The position numbers and the translations under genes were made by a program. From Ramazzottius varieornatus (lineage: Eukaryota > Animalia > Tardigrada): DNA of 64,000 bases. Positions 21,569 to 34,792 of this stretch are shown one piece after another. The stretch spans positions 1,017,620 through 1,081,619 of the forward strand of contig BDGG01000004.1 of the NCBI GenBank assembly GCA_001949185.1, given 5' to 3'. The notes under the pieces were generated by a model. It did no database searches and was not told the origin of the DNA. It saw only the letters and a list, made by a program, of their open reading frames with translations. Every line of letters starts with the position of its first letter. Within the stretch, counting starts at the first letter, position 1.

Positions 21569-22062
21569 TGTACCTCGGTGCACACTGCAGAACCAATTCA
21601 GTTGACACCAGACTTTCGTGAACTTATTACGGGAGCGCCCATCGACGATAACACACCAAAGGAACGAATGATCATGAGAGGGAATCACTTACTTTAGAGA
21701 GCCAAACTCGCCGTTAAAGATGGTGGAACACTGATGAGCACTGTCGAGCGGCTGCCTGCTGATTCAGTGCTGAACCGAGTAGCCCAGTATTGATTGTTAA
21801 TCAGCTCAGCAGTGCTCGGTTTAGCAGCTCATCAGCGGACGTCATTCTTTTGAGGTGGCTTCACAAGTCAATCCTTGATAACTTGATTCACTTAAACTAA
21901 CTGATTGAAGTGCTACTCAGGTTTTCGTTCAGCTTTTCGCAAACCCTTAACCCTCTCGAAGATCCGATCGGATTTTGCACTTTCCAATTAACGAATTTCG
22001 TTAGTTGAATGTCTACTAACACTTTCGCTGGCTTTCGAACTGATATCTTTGCTCGACTTGCA

Positions 22063-24344
22063 ATGGCAACAACGAAAGACGCGTCGTTTGGAAGCGGGTA
22101 CGAGGGAGTGGTGATAAAGCGGGATGAGCTGGAGGACGCTCTGACTAACGCTCGCGAATCAGCGACATCGGTAAACGACCGTGATCGTCTGCAGAAGCAA
22201 GTGGTGCGTGAAACTTGATCTACTCTCCAATCTCCATCCCTTCTGTCTGTCTTCGCGGTACATTAGTCTAGAAAGATATTGTACTCGTGGCTGCTCTCTG
22301 TTTTCAGGTGAAAACTTTGCGTTGTTGCACAAAGTTCGAGGACGACTGCCAGGACAAGTAGGTCAAGCTTTTGGGCGATCTTCGGGCGTCTAAATGGGTT
22401 TACTTCTCGACGATCGATATGGTGTACCTAGGAAATACGGTTGTTCTACAGTAGAGACTGGAAACATTAAAACCAGCAATCCCGTTATTCCTGGCAAAAT
22501 CGCCTGCGCTTCTGGCTCATACGTGTGTCTTACACGTACAGCCGGTTGCTGTGCCAGACCCGAAAACGTACGATTAGTCTCTCTGACACAGCGACAGAAC
22601 CACGTGCTAACCGGAAGTCGCATGCTTAACCACGTGGCAGATAAGAAATGCCAAACGCCTTAAGGCAAAATACTGAGCTTCCGCATCGTGCGAAAACGTC
22701 ACTAGGATTGATTGTCAATCAACTGTTGCTGAAACTTTTTCCGGACTCTAATTCTATAGGTTGCGGAAGGTAGGAGGTGTGCATGATGCGTCTGTGGTTG
22801 AGCACAACGCGAAATCTGCTGCACAACCAAGTGCCGCAGTAAAGACCGCCGGTGAGGAGAAACTCATAAAATTTGCAGTTAACTTAGATGACAATCGAGC
22901 CGAGTGCTACAACCATTGTGACTTCACCAAAATATCAATGTTCTCGTTCTGTTACATACCGTAATTTACATTTTACAGGCGATGCTCCGAAATCGACAGA
23001 TCATGCTCCAAAAGAACCGCCTTCGAAGCCAGTGGAGAAGGCCCCAGGGGAGCAGCCACCGGAAGTGAATGCCGTTATCGACTTCGCTAAGATTCGCACG
23101 AATACTCGATCCACCATTTCCAAACATGATATTCAGGCTTTGAAAGAAAGCAAGAAGTAAGTTGGCGGCGGGTTCCGTTCACTTTAGTTGTCGTTTGATG
23201 GAAAGGATAACTGACTTCATTGCAGCGCTCAGGTCTACTTTGAGCAGCTGAATCCAAACACTACAGAGGACACGCTGCGTCAGGGCCTGCTCGATCAGGG
23301 CTACCAGTCGGTCAAAATCGAGATGTCCACCTGGAAGGGTGGGAAGACCCGAGGAAGTGCAGTGGTTTCGATGCGAGCGGCCGAAGATGCTCTGGAGTTA
23401 GTGAATCGGAACGATATTGAGATCGACGGATGGAGTGCGTCTCCGAAGTTTTTACTGGTACAGCACTAATGGCGTTCATAGTTTCTCTAGTTTCAGGTGT
23501 CGAACATGCTCTTTTCAGGCCGATCAAGTTTCCCCAGAATCGGAGAGCTCTTCGGAAATCGCGATTGCGCAGTCGCAGGTGACGGCTGAAAAGCCGGAAG
23601 CTGATCTTACAGGTTAGTACCGCACTGGTGGCTAAGAAAGAATTAATCAGGTTAGCACGAGATGTCATACATCCTGTTTGTGTTTTCGCGTTATCGCATC
23701 GTGTTTTCGCTAGGTAAAGAGGTCGCGGAGCCACGCGCCGCTGCAGCGTCAGTGACCGAAAAACAGGAAGCGGTGGACGAAGTTAGAGATAATGCCGCTG
23801 AGGACAAGGCGGGACAGGAAGGAAGCACGACGACGATGAGTAAGAAGCAGAAGAAGGCCGCAAAAAAGGCGGCAGCAAAATTAGAGAAAGCTGCCGAGCA
23901 TACTTCCGCAGAGGTCTCTCAGAAAACCGAAGTAAGTGCTGCATCAGTACAGGAGCCGAAGAAAGAAGAAGTGAATGAAGAACAGGGCGCGAAGATGGAA
24001 GAGAAGGTTGAGAAACCGGCAGAGAATGGCACCAAGAAGACAGAAGAAAAAGCTGAAGAGAAGAATCCAGCTCAGAATGGAACGAAGGTGGAGGAGGAGG
24101 AGAAAAAGAAGGAAAAGACGAACGAGCCACCGAAGGCCAAGGAACCTGGACAGGTAAAACTAAGATTATCCGGCCATTGTAACAAGCGCTAATGACGATA
24201 ACCGTATCTGGCAATGTGATGTTGCCTTTTCATTAGCTGGAATCGATTCTACCCAATGGTTTCATTCCGTCGACACATCACGCCATGGGATACCTGTTGG
24301 AACGCATCAAATGGGGAAGAGAAGACGTTTCGTCGGCTGAGTAG
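22063..24344 (+). CDS. Unrecognised 444-aa protein: N-terminal helical domain + single RRM + K/E/A-rich disordered tail
   Basis: Eight GT-AG exons (22063-22203, 22308-22357, 22760-22851, 22979-23156, 23226-23457, 23519-23612, 23714-24153, 24237-24344) total 1335 nt in one open frame. The RRM has RNP2-like QVYFEQLNPNTTEDTLR and RNP1-like TRGSAVVSM. An in-frame upstream ATG exists at 22009. Confidence 0.8.
22449..22751. mobile_element. ~300-bp MITE-like insertion in intron 2 of the RRM gene
   Basis: Absent from copy A, bounded by TTCTA direct repeats (22444-22448, 22752-22756), with degenerate inverted ends TAGAGACTGGAAA / TTTCCGGACTCTA. Confidence 0.5.
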
Positions 24345-24591
24345 CCTGGTGCTGATCTCGGCTACGCAGTCCATCGGTGGTTCTTTTCAGAACGCCGGCC
24401 TTGTGTTCCCATTATAATCCGTTTGTCCACTGGTTACTAAAGTCTACAGCAGCTTATGAATTCATTGAGAGATGCCTTCGATCTTTCTTTTACAAATTAG
24501 ACGTTTCTTTCTTTACAGATGGTCGGTGCAAAAGTTTTATGTTTTGTACGAGTACTTTGTTTTATTGCGCAGCAAATCAGAACTACAAGTA

Positions 24592-24963
24592 GAGTAGGGA
24601 ACCGCTCAGCTTTTCCTTGGAGGAAACCAGAATATCACAAAATTTTCTTGTCCACGCTGGACTGTGCGGAATAGTTTTTGGTAATCTCAAGGCGAGAGCG
24701 GGCGGTAAACCTTTAATGCCGACGCGAAAGCGGAAGTGAGCGGTACTTCAGGCAAGGTAAACGAGTCTGAATTATGGAAGAAACATATCATATAGATTGT
24801 TCGCAATATGACGCAACAAGGTTTACTTTTAAACATTTATCGTAATTATCATCGACGCGGGGCGGGCAGAAAACAGTCACATCAGATACTAAGCGAGTCC
24901 AAGCGGAAACAATTTCAGCAGATTCCAGGGCGTGGACCCGCCGCGCGATCCAGTTCCCTACTC
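24592..24963. mobile_element. 372-bp non-autonomous DNA transposon (Mutator-like ends) with 11-bp TIR and 12-bp TSD
   Basis: GAGTAGGGAAC...GTTCCCTACTC, flanked by GAACTACAAGTA at 24580-24591 and 24964-24975. Copy A has a single diverged copy of the target at ~11200. Confidence 0.85.
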
Positions 24964-25104
24964 GAACTACAAGTAATGGAAGGGAAATTGAAAAATTCGA
25001 AACAGATGAACTGAAAACAGATGGTCTGCCAAAGCCCACAATTCTCTCGATCTCAACTCTTCTGTGAAGTAAAATCATCAAATAATGTGCAGTAGGATCC
25101 GGGT

Positions 25105-26713
25105 TCAGCCTTTGAACTGCTTGTACAGTTCACGGACATACTCATCCCATTGTGCTTGATAAAAATTGCCGGCAATAGGATCGCCAAGCTTGTTTTCTTC
25201 GGCAAATTTTTGCACTTTCCAGTTGGCTCGCCCGTTAGCTGTTTGTTTGTCCAAAGGTTTATCATTCAATGAGAGCTTTCCGGGTTGCTTGTAGGCCAAG
25301 AGAACGTAGCGATGAAGACCTGTACAACCAAAAGTAATTGAAGGATTTAAATTGCATAAAGATACGGCGACTCATGATAAGCAAACCATAACGAGCGCTA
25401 AGCGCTTTCTTACCGGTCTTTTCGGGCGGACCGCTTCCGACGTATTCCGCCATAACTTGTCCCTCCTTTACGTGGTTGCCGGGAATGTTCACAACAAGCC
25501 AGTGCTTCCATTCTCCATTTTTTGGGTTGGAGCGGCTTGGTGCATCCGGGTCTATAATCGAAGACACTTTAGATACCAGTATTCTTACTACTGACAAAGT
25601 GACAATTCGTGCAGAAAAAGATACTTTAAAGTGCCAATGATATGGGACAGGTTTGGGTCCTAGTCAGCGTAAAACAACCATCGGTCGCGGTCTTTTCTGA
25701 CTGAGGCTGGCAGCCGGAAACAGCTGATCACTCATTTACAGTGCTTTCTCGGCCGGGTGTCAGCGAGAGAACTTGATTTCTATCCAGCTGAGATAACGAA
25801 GTTTCATTTTTTCTTGCGCTTCTCTTTTGTTGCTCCGGACATCTTGATACAACCGTTGTGATGGCTCGGAATCATTACTCGGACGCCGAGAAGCGTAGGA
25901 TCCTCCAGTTATTCAGGAGGATAATGCTGGATATCCTACTCTCCGTGAGGGCGATACTGTTGACGATGATGATAACGTTCTGGGCGCAAGTTTCTATAAA
26001 AACTTCTTCTTCTGTTCAGTCTGATGATAGCGACATTGGTGATAGAAATGGTTGTGATAATTCTGGCGAGTCTGATGAAGAGATGGACGACGAGTAGATT
26101 TTGGATTTATAGAGTATGTGTATGGTACGCTCGAATTAAAATCAGGGTTGGTCGGGCTTTGCTGTCGTGGTTTTCAGAGAACGGGCTGTATGATGATGGA
26201 TAAAAGCGAATTACAGCTGAGCCTACTATGTTTGATCTTTGCCAGGCGGCAGTTTTATACCCACCGAGAACCCAACCTGTCCCATATCATTGGCACTTTA
26301 AAGTAACAGAAGTACCGGTCATAAGCAATGTGTAGAGCTCTTTTTCCTGTGCCTTCCACTGCACGGTCGGTTCATCCTTGACTTCCCGAGGCTTCAGTTC
26401 ATTGCCGAAGTTTGGTTGCACCCCAGAAGGATACTTGACCTGTACAGCAAAACACAACAAGACAAACTAGCTGACAACAGCTTACAGCTGTGTAAGTACC
26501 GTATTGTTCCGGCAGCATCAAATCAAAATTAAACCTCTAGCTAACCTGCAGTACTTCCAAAGGAGCATTCTTGATGACATCGGGAACCACGCCGTTCTCC
26601 TGAAACTTCTGGTCAGCCATCTCGACGGCTGTAGTCCTCGAGGCAGCTTTGACGAATGTTCGCTTCAACGCGAGGGTAGCGGTGGACCTGCATAGAAGAG
26701 AACGGATGACCAT
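25105..26713 (-). CDS. PEBP1: Phosphatidylethanolamine-binding protein (PEBP/RKIP family)
   Basis: GVVPDVI, DPDAPSRSNPKNGEWKHWLVVNIPGN, EYVGSGPPEKTG/LHRYVLLAYKQ, AGNFYQAQWDEYV. Start is at ATG 26713 or ATG 26620. Confidence 0.92.
25630..26297. mobile_element. 668-bp non-autonomous TIR element in a PEBP intron (Kolobok-like: TTAA flanks, AG...CT ends)
   Basis: TTAA-AGTGCCAATGATATGGGACAGGTT...AACCTGTCCCATATCATTGGCACT-TTAA. The TIR is perfect for 24 bp and imperfect to ~45 bp. Confidence 0.85.
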
Positions 26714-27928
26714 CTTCAAGTGCCCAGCCTATGGCAGAAAACACTCATTCAGCACAGTACCCCTGCTTTATCACACAGCAGACGTCCATTCTTCGACGCA
26801 TACTGTCACTTACTTGAACGTCGCTACAATGCAACAGAAGAAATCCGAAGAACAAATCAGGTCCGGGCAGCCGGGGCAGAAACCAGGAAGTCTTTGCCAG
26901 ATTACTCGATTACATTGAAGAGTTGCAGTACTTTGCGTGCTCAAAACAACGACGTGCCAAAATACCCGTTAAATCAGCACTCGTCGTAGACTCGCGAGAA
27001 ACACCTCATCAACAGATACCCCAACGGATGGGAATCAAGTCGCAATCTGATTTTTTACGAAGAAATACTTTAATCCTATTGGCGCTACAGTTTTCTTCCA
27101 TTTTGGTGATGTGATTGATGATGCAGTGAGTGTTCGCACCGCCTCCATATTCGTTGAGCGCAATCAATCAACTACTTGAACGTGTGTTCCAGTGTCGGGC
27201 AACGCAAAGTACAGCAGCTCATCAGTGCTCAATTATCGATGATTCTTCGTCACTCGTCAGCTGTTCCATCACCTCCATGGGACTTACTCCCAACCGGCGC
27301 AAGCTTGCGCATGCAGGCACCTTGTTTCCATTTGATCAAATAATCAAGTCCTGGTTTTGACTTTGCGATAGTACAGCGTCAAGGGGCCCACGAGCTGGAC
27401 CCCTTAAGTCCCCAAACGCTTGAAACTTTTGACCTTCGGTCTTGGGTCTTGACTCTTGAGTCAGCTTTCTTGGCATTTGGCAGTAGAAATAATAACAGTG
27501 ATAATTGATCTCACGACGGCGACGCTTATCAACATCCACCTTCGGTTGATCTTAGGTTAATCGCTTGAAGCACAGCGATTTGGACTCATTGATCGAGGTA
27601 TAGTGTAGGTCGTAACGTAGAATCGAACTTGCAGTCCTGCTTCTATACGCTCAATTACTCTTCCGTATGTCGCTGGCAGTGGCACGGAATGAGGACAACC
27701 CCTGGTCTGTGTTGTGTATCAGAAGTTCAATCAGTTCTGTATTTGGGTGCGTCCAGAGGTGCGAAACGTTTTCGTGGTTTTGTTGCAGGTGGATAGCGGC
27801 GTCGGGAGGCACATACTGATGGACAGGAAACTGCGGAGCTGGAAATATTATATAGAAGCTACATCCGTCTCAGATCGGCCGCTGATCGTGCTTTTGTTTC
27901 TCCAGAAACGTCAGAACATCCGGTCGAA

Positions 27929-30143
<2,215 letters not shown>

Positions 30144-30769
30144 TTGCACAACCGGATTTTCGGTCGCTTCAGATCCTTGCTTGTGCTCTTCTACTTCTCC
30201 CGGTTGCTTAATTCATGGCGCCGTTCATTTTTATTGAAGCAGACGATTTGTGTATGAGAAGAAATCTGGTTGTTTAGGCCCGATCGTTTTGCTCATTATG
30301 TTTCTTCACTTTCGTTAAAATTTGTAAAATTTTGAAGTACGTGTCAGTAATTAAAGTCACGCAGGTGGATTTTACTTTGATCCGAGAAACTGCGGATTTG
30401 ACGAGAAGCTCCCACAAGCAGGTTCGCCGTCGGTGATGTGACAGTATGTGAGCCATGACCTGACTTGCATGACGCCAACATATGTTTGTCATGCGGCTCA
30501 CCATAGCATGTCATGGCACATACACAGGTATGTGAGTCTTTTCTTGTTCTTGTGGTTGGTTTGTTGTTGGACGATCTTGTTCGGGAACCGAGGCATAAAA
30601 AAATCAGACCGGATGACAATGACGGCGTGAGTAGACGGGAGGCAGCAAGCCTCGAAGTGCTTCGAGACGAGGGGAGAGGAGAAAGTGGAAGGTAAGATCA
30701 TCGATATCTTTGCCTCCTTTATGGACGTAACTAATTAACAAGCATTGTTCCACTAAGTCTTGCAATAGC

Positions 30770-33700
30770 ATGGATATAACAATGGACATGCTCGATTATG
30801 ACATGAACGACGGCGGGCTCCCTTCTTCGGACATGCAAGACAACTATGCTGAGGCGATAATGCTGGACGACGCTGTTCCTAACAATGATGCTGTCGAATT
30901 AGCCAATCCACACAACAGCTATCCAGGCGCAACAGTAACAGCACGACCGGTTCTGGAGATCATCGAAAATGAAATTGCTAACCAGGTGGCAAAGAGAGGA
31001 GCTTCGCACAACGATACCCTACCCATCGGGCGTGTGGTTATCAAAACTGAGCAAAATGATGTGGAGTTGCAGGATAACTTCGGTGCAGCAACTGCAAGCG
31101 ACCCTGTGGTTCCTCCGAAATACGCGGTCGTTTTCCTGGTGGAATCCACAGGCCGACTTTCACGCCATATGGAGAAGATCAAAGCGGACTACTTGACGCC
31201 TATTTTACGACATTTTAGGGACGCCAATCAGGCATACAGCTCCGACTCGCCTATGTATGCTGTGTGTTTATACTGACAGAGTCTGATGCTGATAATAAGT
31301 GAAACTGCACAGCGAACGTTCTTTTTCATATTTTAGCGTCATTTTGTAGTCAAGATTTAGTTTTCTGGACTGGCAGCTTCAGTAACGAATGCTTTCGTAG
31401 TGCGGGATGGGCCAAGGATGCCTACTATGGATTTGTGGCGTTCAGATCAACAGGTGAGTTCGAGTGGAAGTGGACAGCATTAGGTACGACTTATGTATGT
31501 TCGTATGACTGGCACTGTTGATTACAGATGCAACTCCGGGAAAGGAAGTCAATTGTTCCACGAAACCAACCGATAACGAGGAGATGGCGCTGAGGAACAT
31601 CGAGAAACTTCATGCTGCTAGCACGTCCTTGCTATGCAGCCACCGAGTTTGTCTGTTAGAAGCTTTCGCAGCGGGGCTGCATTGTCTGGATACCGTCCAG
31701 TCCACTTACATGACAAATGCCCAACACGTCGAGAAGCATTTTATCCTGCTTTGCCAGTCCGAGCCTCTAGAAGAGCCACAGTCCTACAGCAAAAACACAA
31801 CGTCCTTCCATTTGAACTCTCTCGCCGACGTTCCAGCGGTCCTTCTCGATGCCCGTGTCCACCTCTCCCTCATAGCCACTCGGAACATAGCAACTCTTCA
31901 TAAACTCGTCGCTGCTTGTCAGGACCCATTGTCCGCCATGGAAACTTCGGCCGCAACCGACGAACGACACCTTGTCCTCTTGAACGGTAGGCAAGGAACC
32001 ATTTGGAAACTTATATTTATTTTCTGCTGATGTCTGAGGAAAATCTTTTCAGGGCTCTCCATCCGTCCACCGCCTCCTATTACCGTCAAAACCTCTCCCG
32101 AAAGAGTGGCTTCACCAGCCGCACTTCCACCCGCTCCCGTCGTCGGATCGCTCCTAAAGAACGAGCTGATCGCGGCGTATGTTTCCTCGCCTTTAAGCAT
32201 TCGTACACCGTTGAGTCAGCAATCGGTGCTCAGTGTTGAGACTATAACAAGTCCCACACCGGTAGATAACAAACCAAACACGCTGCAACCTGCTTCAGAA
32301 CCATATGCTAAAGCGGAGTCACCGGCAGTAGTCAAAACACCACAGCCAGAAATTACGATACCGTCCACTCCAGATAACTTGGCCAACTTGGTCAAGAATA
32401 GCGAAAGTCCGCGACCACAACTGACGCCCGGCAATCCAGTACCAACACAACAAGGCGCCTCTCCCATACCTTCGTATGCGGCGATGAAGGTGAACAGCCC
32501 GAGTGTGACAGTTGGCTCTCCACTTCCCCAGGCTCTACCGCAGCCACGATTGCCCATTCCCATTCCGGTTCCCAACATCGCCCTTACTCCAAACATTTCC
32601 GGAGCAGTTCCGCTGATGCCTCCTGGTCCCTCACCGTTAATGAATACCGGTAAGAGTGTGAACTCGACTCGGCTTAGTCGAGATACTTTTCAAAATCGAA
32701 AGCTGCTGCGCGATATTCCCAGCAACCGTCAGCCACCTGCATCCGTGTTTGTGATAAACAACCAGGCGGAGAGTATGCAGGTCCACAAAACGCTGTAGCA
32801 GTTTGTAGTCTAAGCGTTTCAAGCGTCACAAGAAATTGATATACAAACATGCGAAACTCTGATCGATATCATTGGCTAAAAAGAAGAAAGACATATCTTT
32901 CTTAGCAGGAAGACCTCCGCACGTTTCGGTTTCGGACTTGTACAACGTCGCGCGGACTGCCGGGCAAGATACTTTGGGTCGACCACTGATGGGTAATCCC
33001 GGAATGCCAAATACAAGCAATGCTTTGGCGGCTCTGCAGCAGAATGCTGGCATGCTGATTAGTCAGCTGAGCAATCCGTCTCCCGTACCTGTACCCACCA
33101 CGCTACCGAGAGTCGTGAATGAGCGCTGCGTTGTTTGGGACGGTTTAGTCGAGTGGGTGAACCAAGAAAGCCGTATGTCAAGACAGATGAACCAGCAACC
33201 TTGTGAGGTGTGGGTCCCCATGAACGATATTATGTAAGTAATGTTCTGGTTTCATCGTTTACAGTACCAAGACTTCTTTGCTTATGGGTTGCTCTTCAGT
33301 AAAGCGGAACGCTGGCCACAGAAGTTGACCATCCAGTTCCTTCCGCGCAGTTTCTCCCAAGCCATCCATCCATACATGAGTGACCCGGTGAAAGTATTCT
33401 TCCAGTTCAAGCCTGCACCAAATGGAGACCAGAGCGCCATCAAGGAACTACACGAGCATTTCATGCGCCGATCGGCCGTTGCAACTTTCGGCTGTATTCT
33501 GATTCCAAACAATTTATCGAACCCTGTGAACCCACTTGTCATTGTAAGTTCAGTCGAAGTTAGACCTTATACGTTCTAGTCATTTGTAGTTAAGTCATTT
33601 CCACGTGATGATTAATCTTGTTACAGACCAATATGGGAAAACCCAACGAGGCGCCCTTGCAACTGGAACTTCGCGTTATCGTGTTTGTCTTCAACGTCAA

Positions 33701-34443
33701 AGCCGGCCAATTTCAAGGATGGATTCCGCGCGAGCAGGGCGGCTTTGTTGACGCTTTGCGGCACATTACGCAGGCTACAGCTAACCAGCAGCGTCAACTT
33801 AGCCAGAACCAGTTGCAGCCGCAACAACAAGCTCAACAAGGAATGCCAGGTAAATGTCCACGATCGACATTCGCAGTCGAAGCATAGTCTTTTCTGTCCA
33901 TTTTCATTGTTTCCTCTCGCAGGCGTGATACCTGCGCTTCAACAACGCACCATGCCTATTCCTCAACAGCAGCAAGCATTCGGTAGTAACCCCAACATGA
34001 TGGAGGCTTCGCAATACGGCACTATGCTCCAACAACAACAGTCCAACCAACAGCAACAACAGCAGCAAGTAATGCAAATGAACACCCAACAACAGCAACA
34101 GCAACAGCAGCTAGTGAACCTAGGTGGGTACGGGAACATGTACGGTGCGGGTGGAAACCCTCAGATGAATCCTCAGACATTAACCCAGGAACAGTCCATG
34201 CGTCTACAGCAGCAGCAACAACAACAACAGCAGCAGCAGCAGCAGCAGCAGTTGCAGCAGTCTCATCAACAGCAACAGGCTCAACAGCAGCACATGCAAA
34301 GGTTCTTACAGCAGCAGGTCCACCAACAACAACAGCAACAACAGATGCATCAGCAACAAGGAAGTGCTGCTCAACCACAAGATCCGCAGTTGCGTCAGTT
34401 GCTACAGAATTCTAGCCCGCGATTACCCGGAGGACAACTTTAA
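30770..34443 (+). CDS. MED25: Mediator complex subunit 25
   Basis: N-terminal VWA (YAVVFLVESTG...DYLTPILRHF), P/S-rich linker, ACID/PTOV domain (VWDGLVEW, ERWPQKLTIQFLP, GWIPREQGGFVDALR), polyQ tail and LRQLL NR box. Confidence 0.88.
32734..32783. repeat. Family-1 inverted motif pair in a MED25 intron
   Basis: CACCTGCATCC 32734 and GTATGCAGGTC 32773, with the same spacing as the PRPF8 copies. Confidence 0.8.
33964..34358 (+). repeat. CAA/CAG low-complexity tract encoding polyglutamine in MED25
   Basis: Multiple Q runs, the longest at ~34207-34251. Confidence 0.9.
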
Positions 34444-34792
34444 TTTATTTTGTTTTATCCGTTTCAAAGTGAAACTATATTTTGCTCCAGCAACATACTC
34501 GTTATGAACCAAGACCTCGTGGTTTACCGGTGTCGCTCCGATATTTTATCTGTTTTTATCGTTTTATTTTTTGTCACCTCATTTGCTGCTGCTTCTGTTT
34601 TGGTGGCCAGTTATGTTTGTCTGGCTGATTATTTGATGAATTTTATGACTGCTTGTTTTATGAATTTATGAAATTCTTACTGTTTCAAAGTTCAAGTTGA
34701 CTTTTTGTCTTCAAAGTCATTCAGCAGCTAATATTAATAGGTCAATTGAAATTTCCTAGAGTTCTGCGGCAAAAGCAAGCAAGCGATTTTTG

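Larger units (their letters stand above)
21838..25085 (+). repeat. Segmental duplication, copy B (intact gene plus two insertions)
   Basis: Homologous to 9538-11330. It has extra sequence at 22449-22751, ~22870-23636 and 24592-24963. Confidence 0.95.

Noticed and set aside
31255-31527. Apparent stop or non-canonical donor interrupting the MED25 VWA domain
   Set aside because: Resolved by a small canonical exon at ~31401-31453 (AGWAKDAYYGFVAFRST) that restores the frame.
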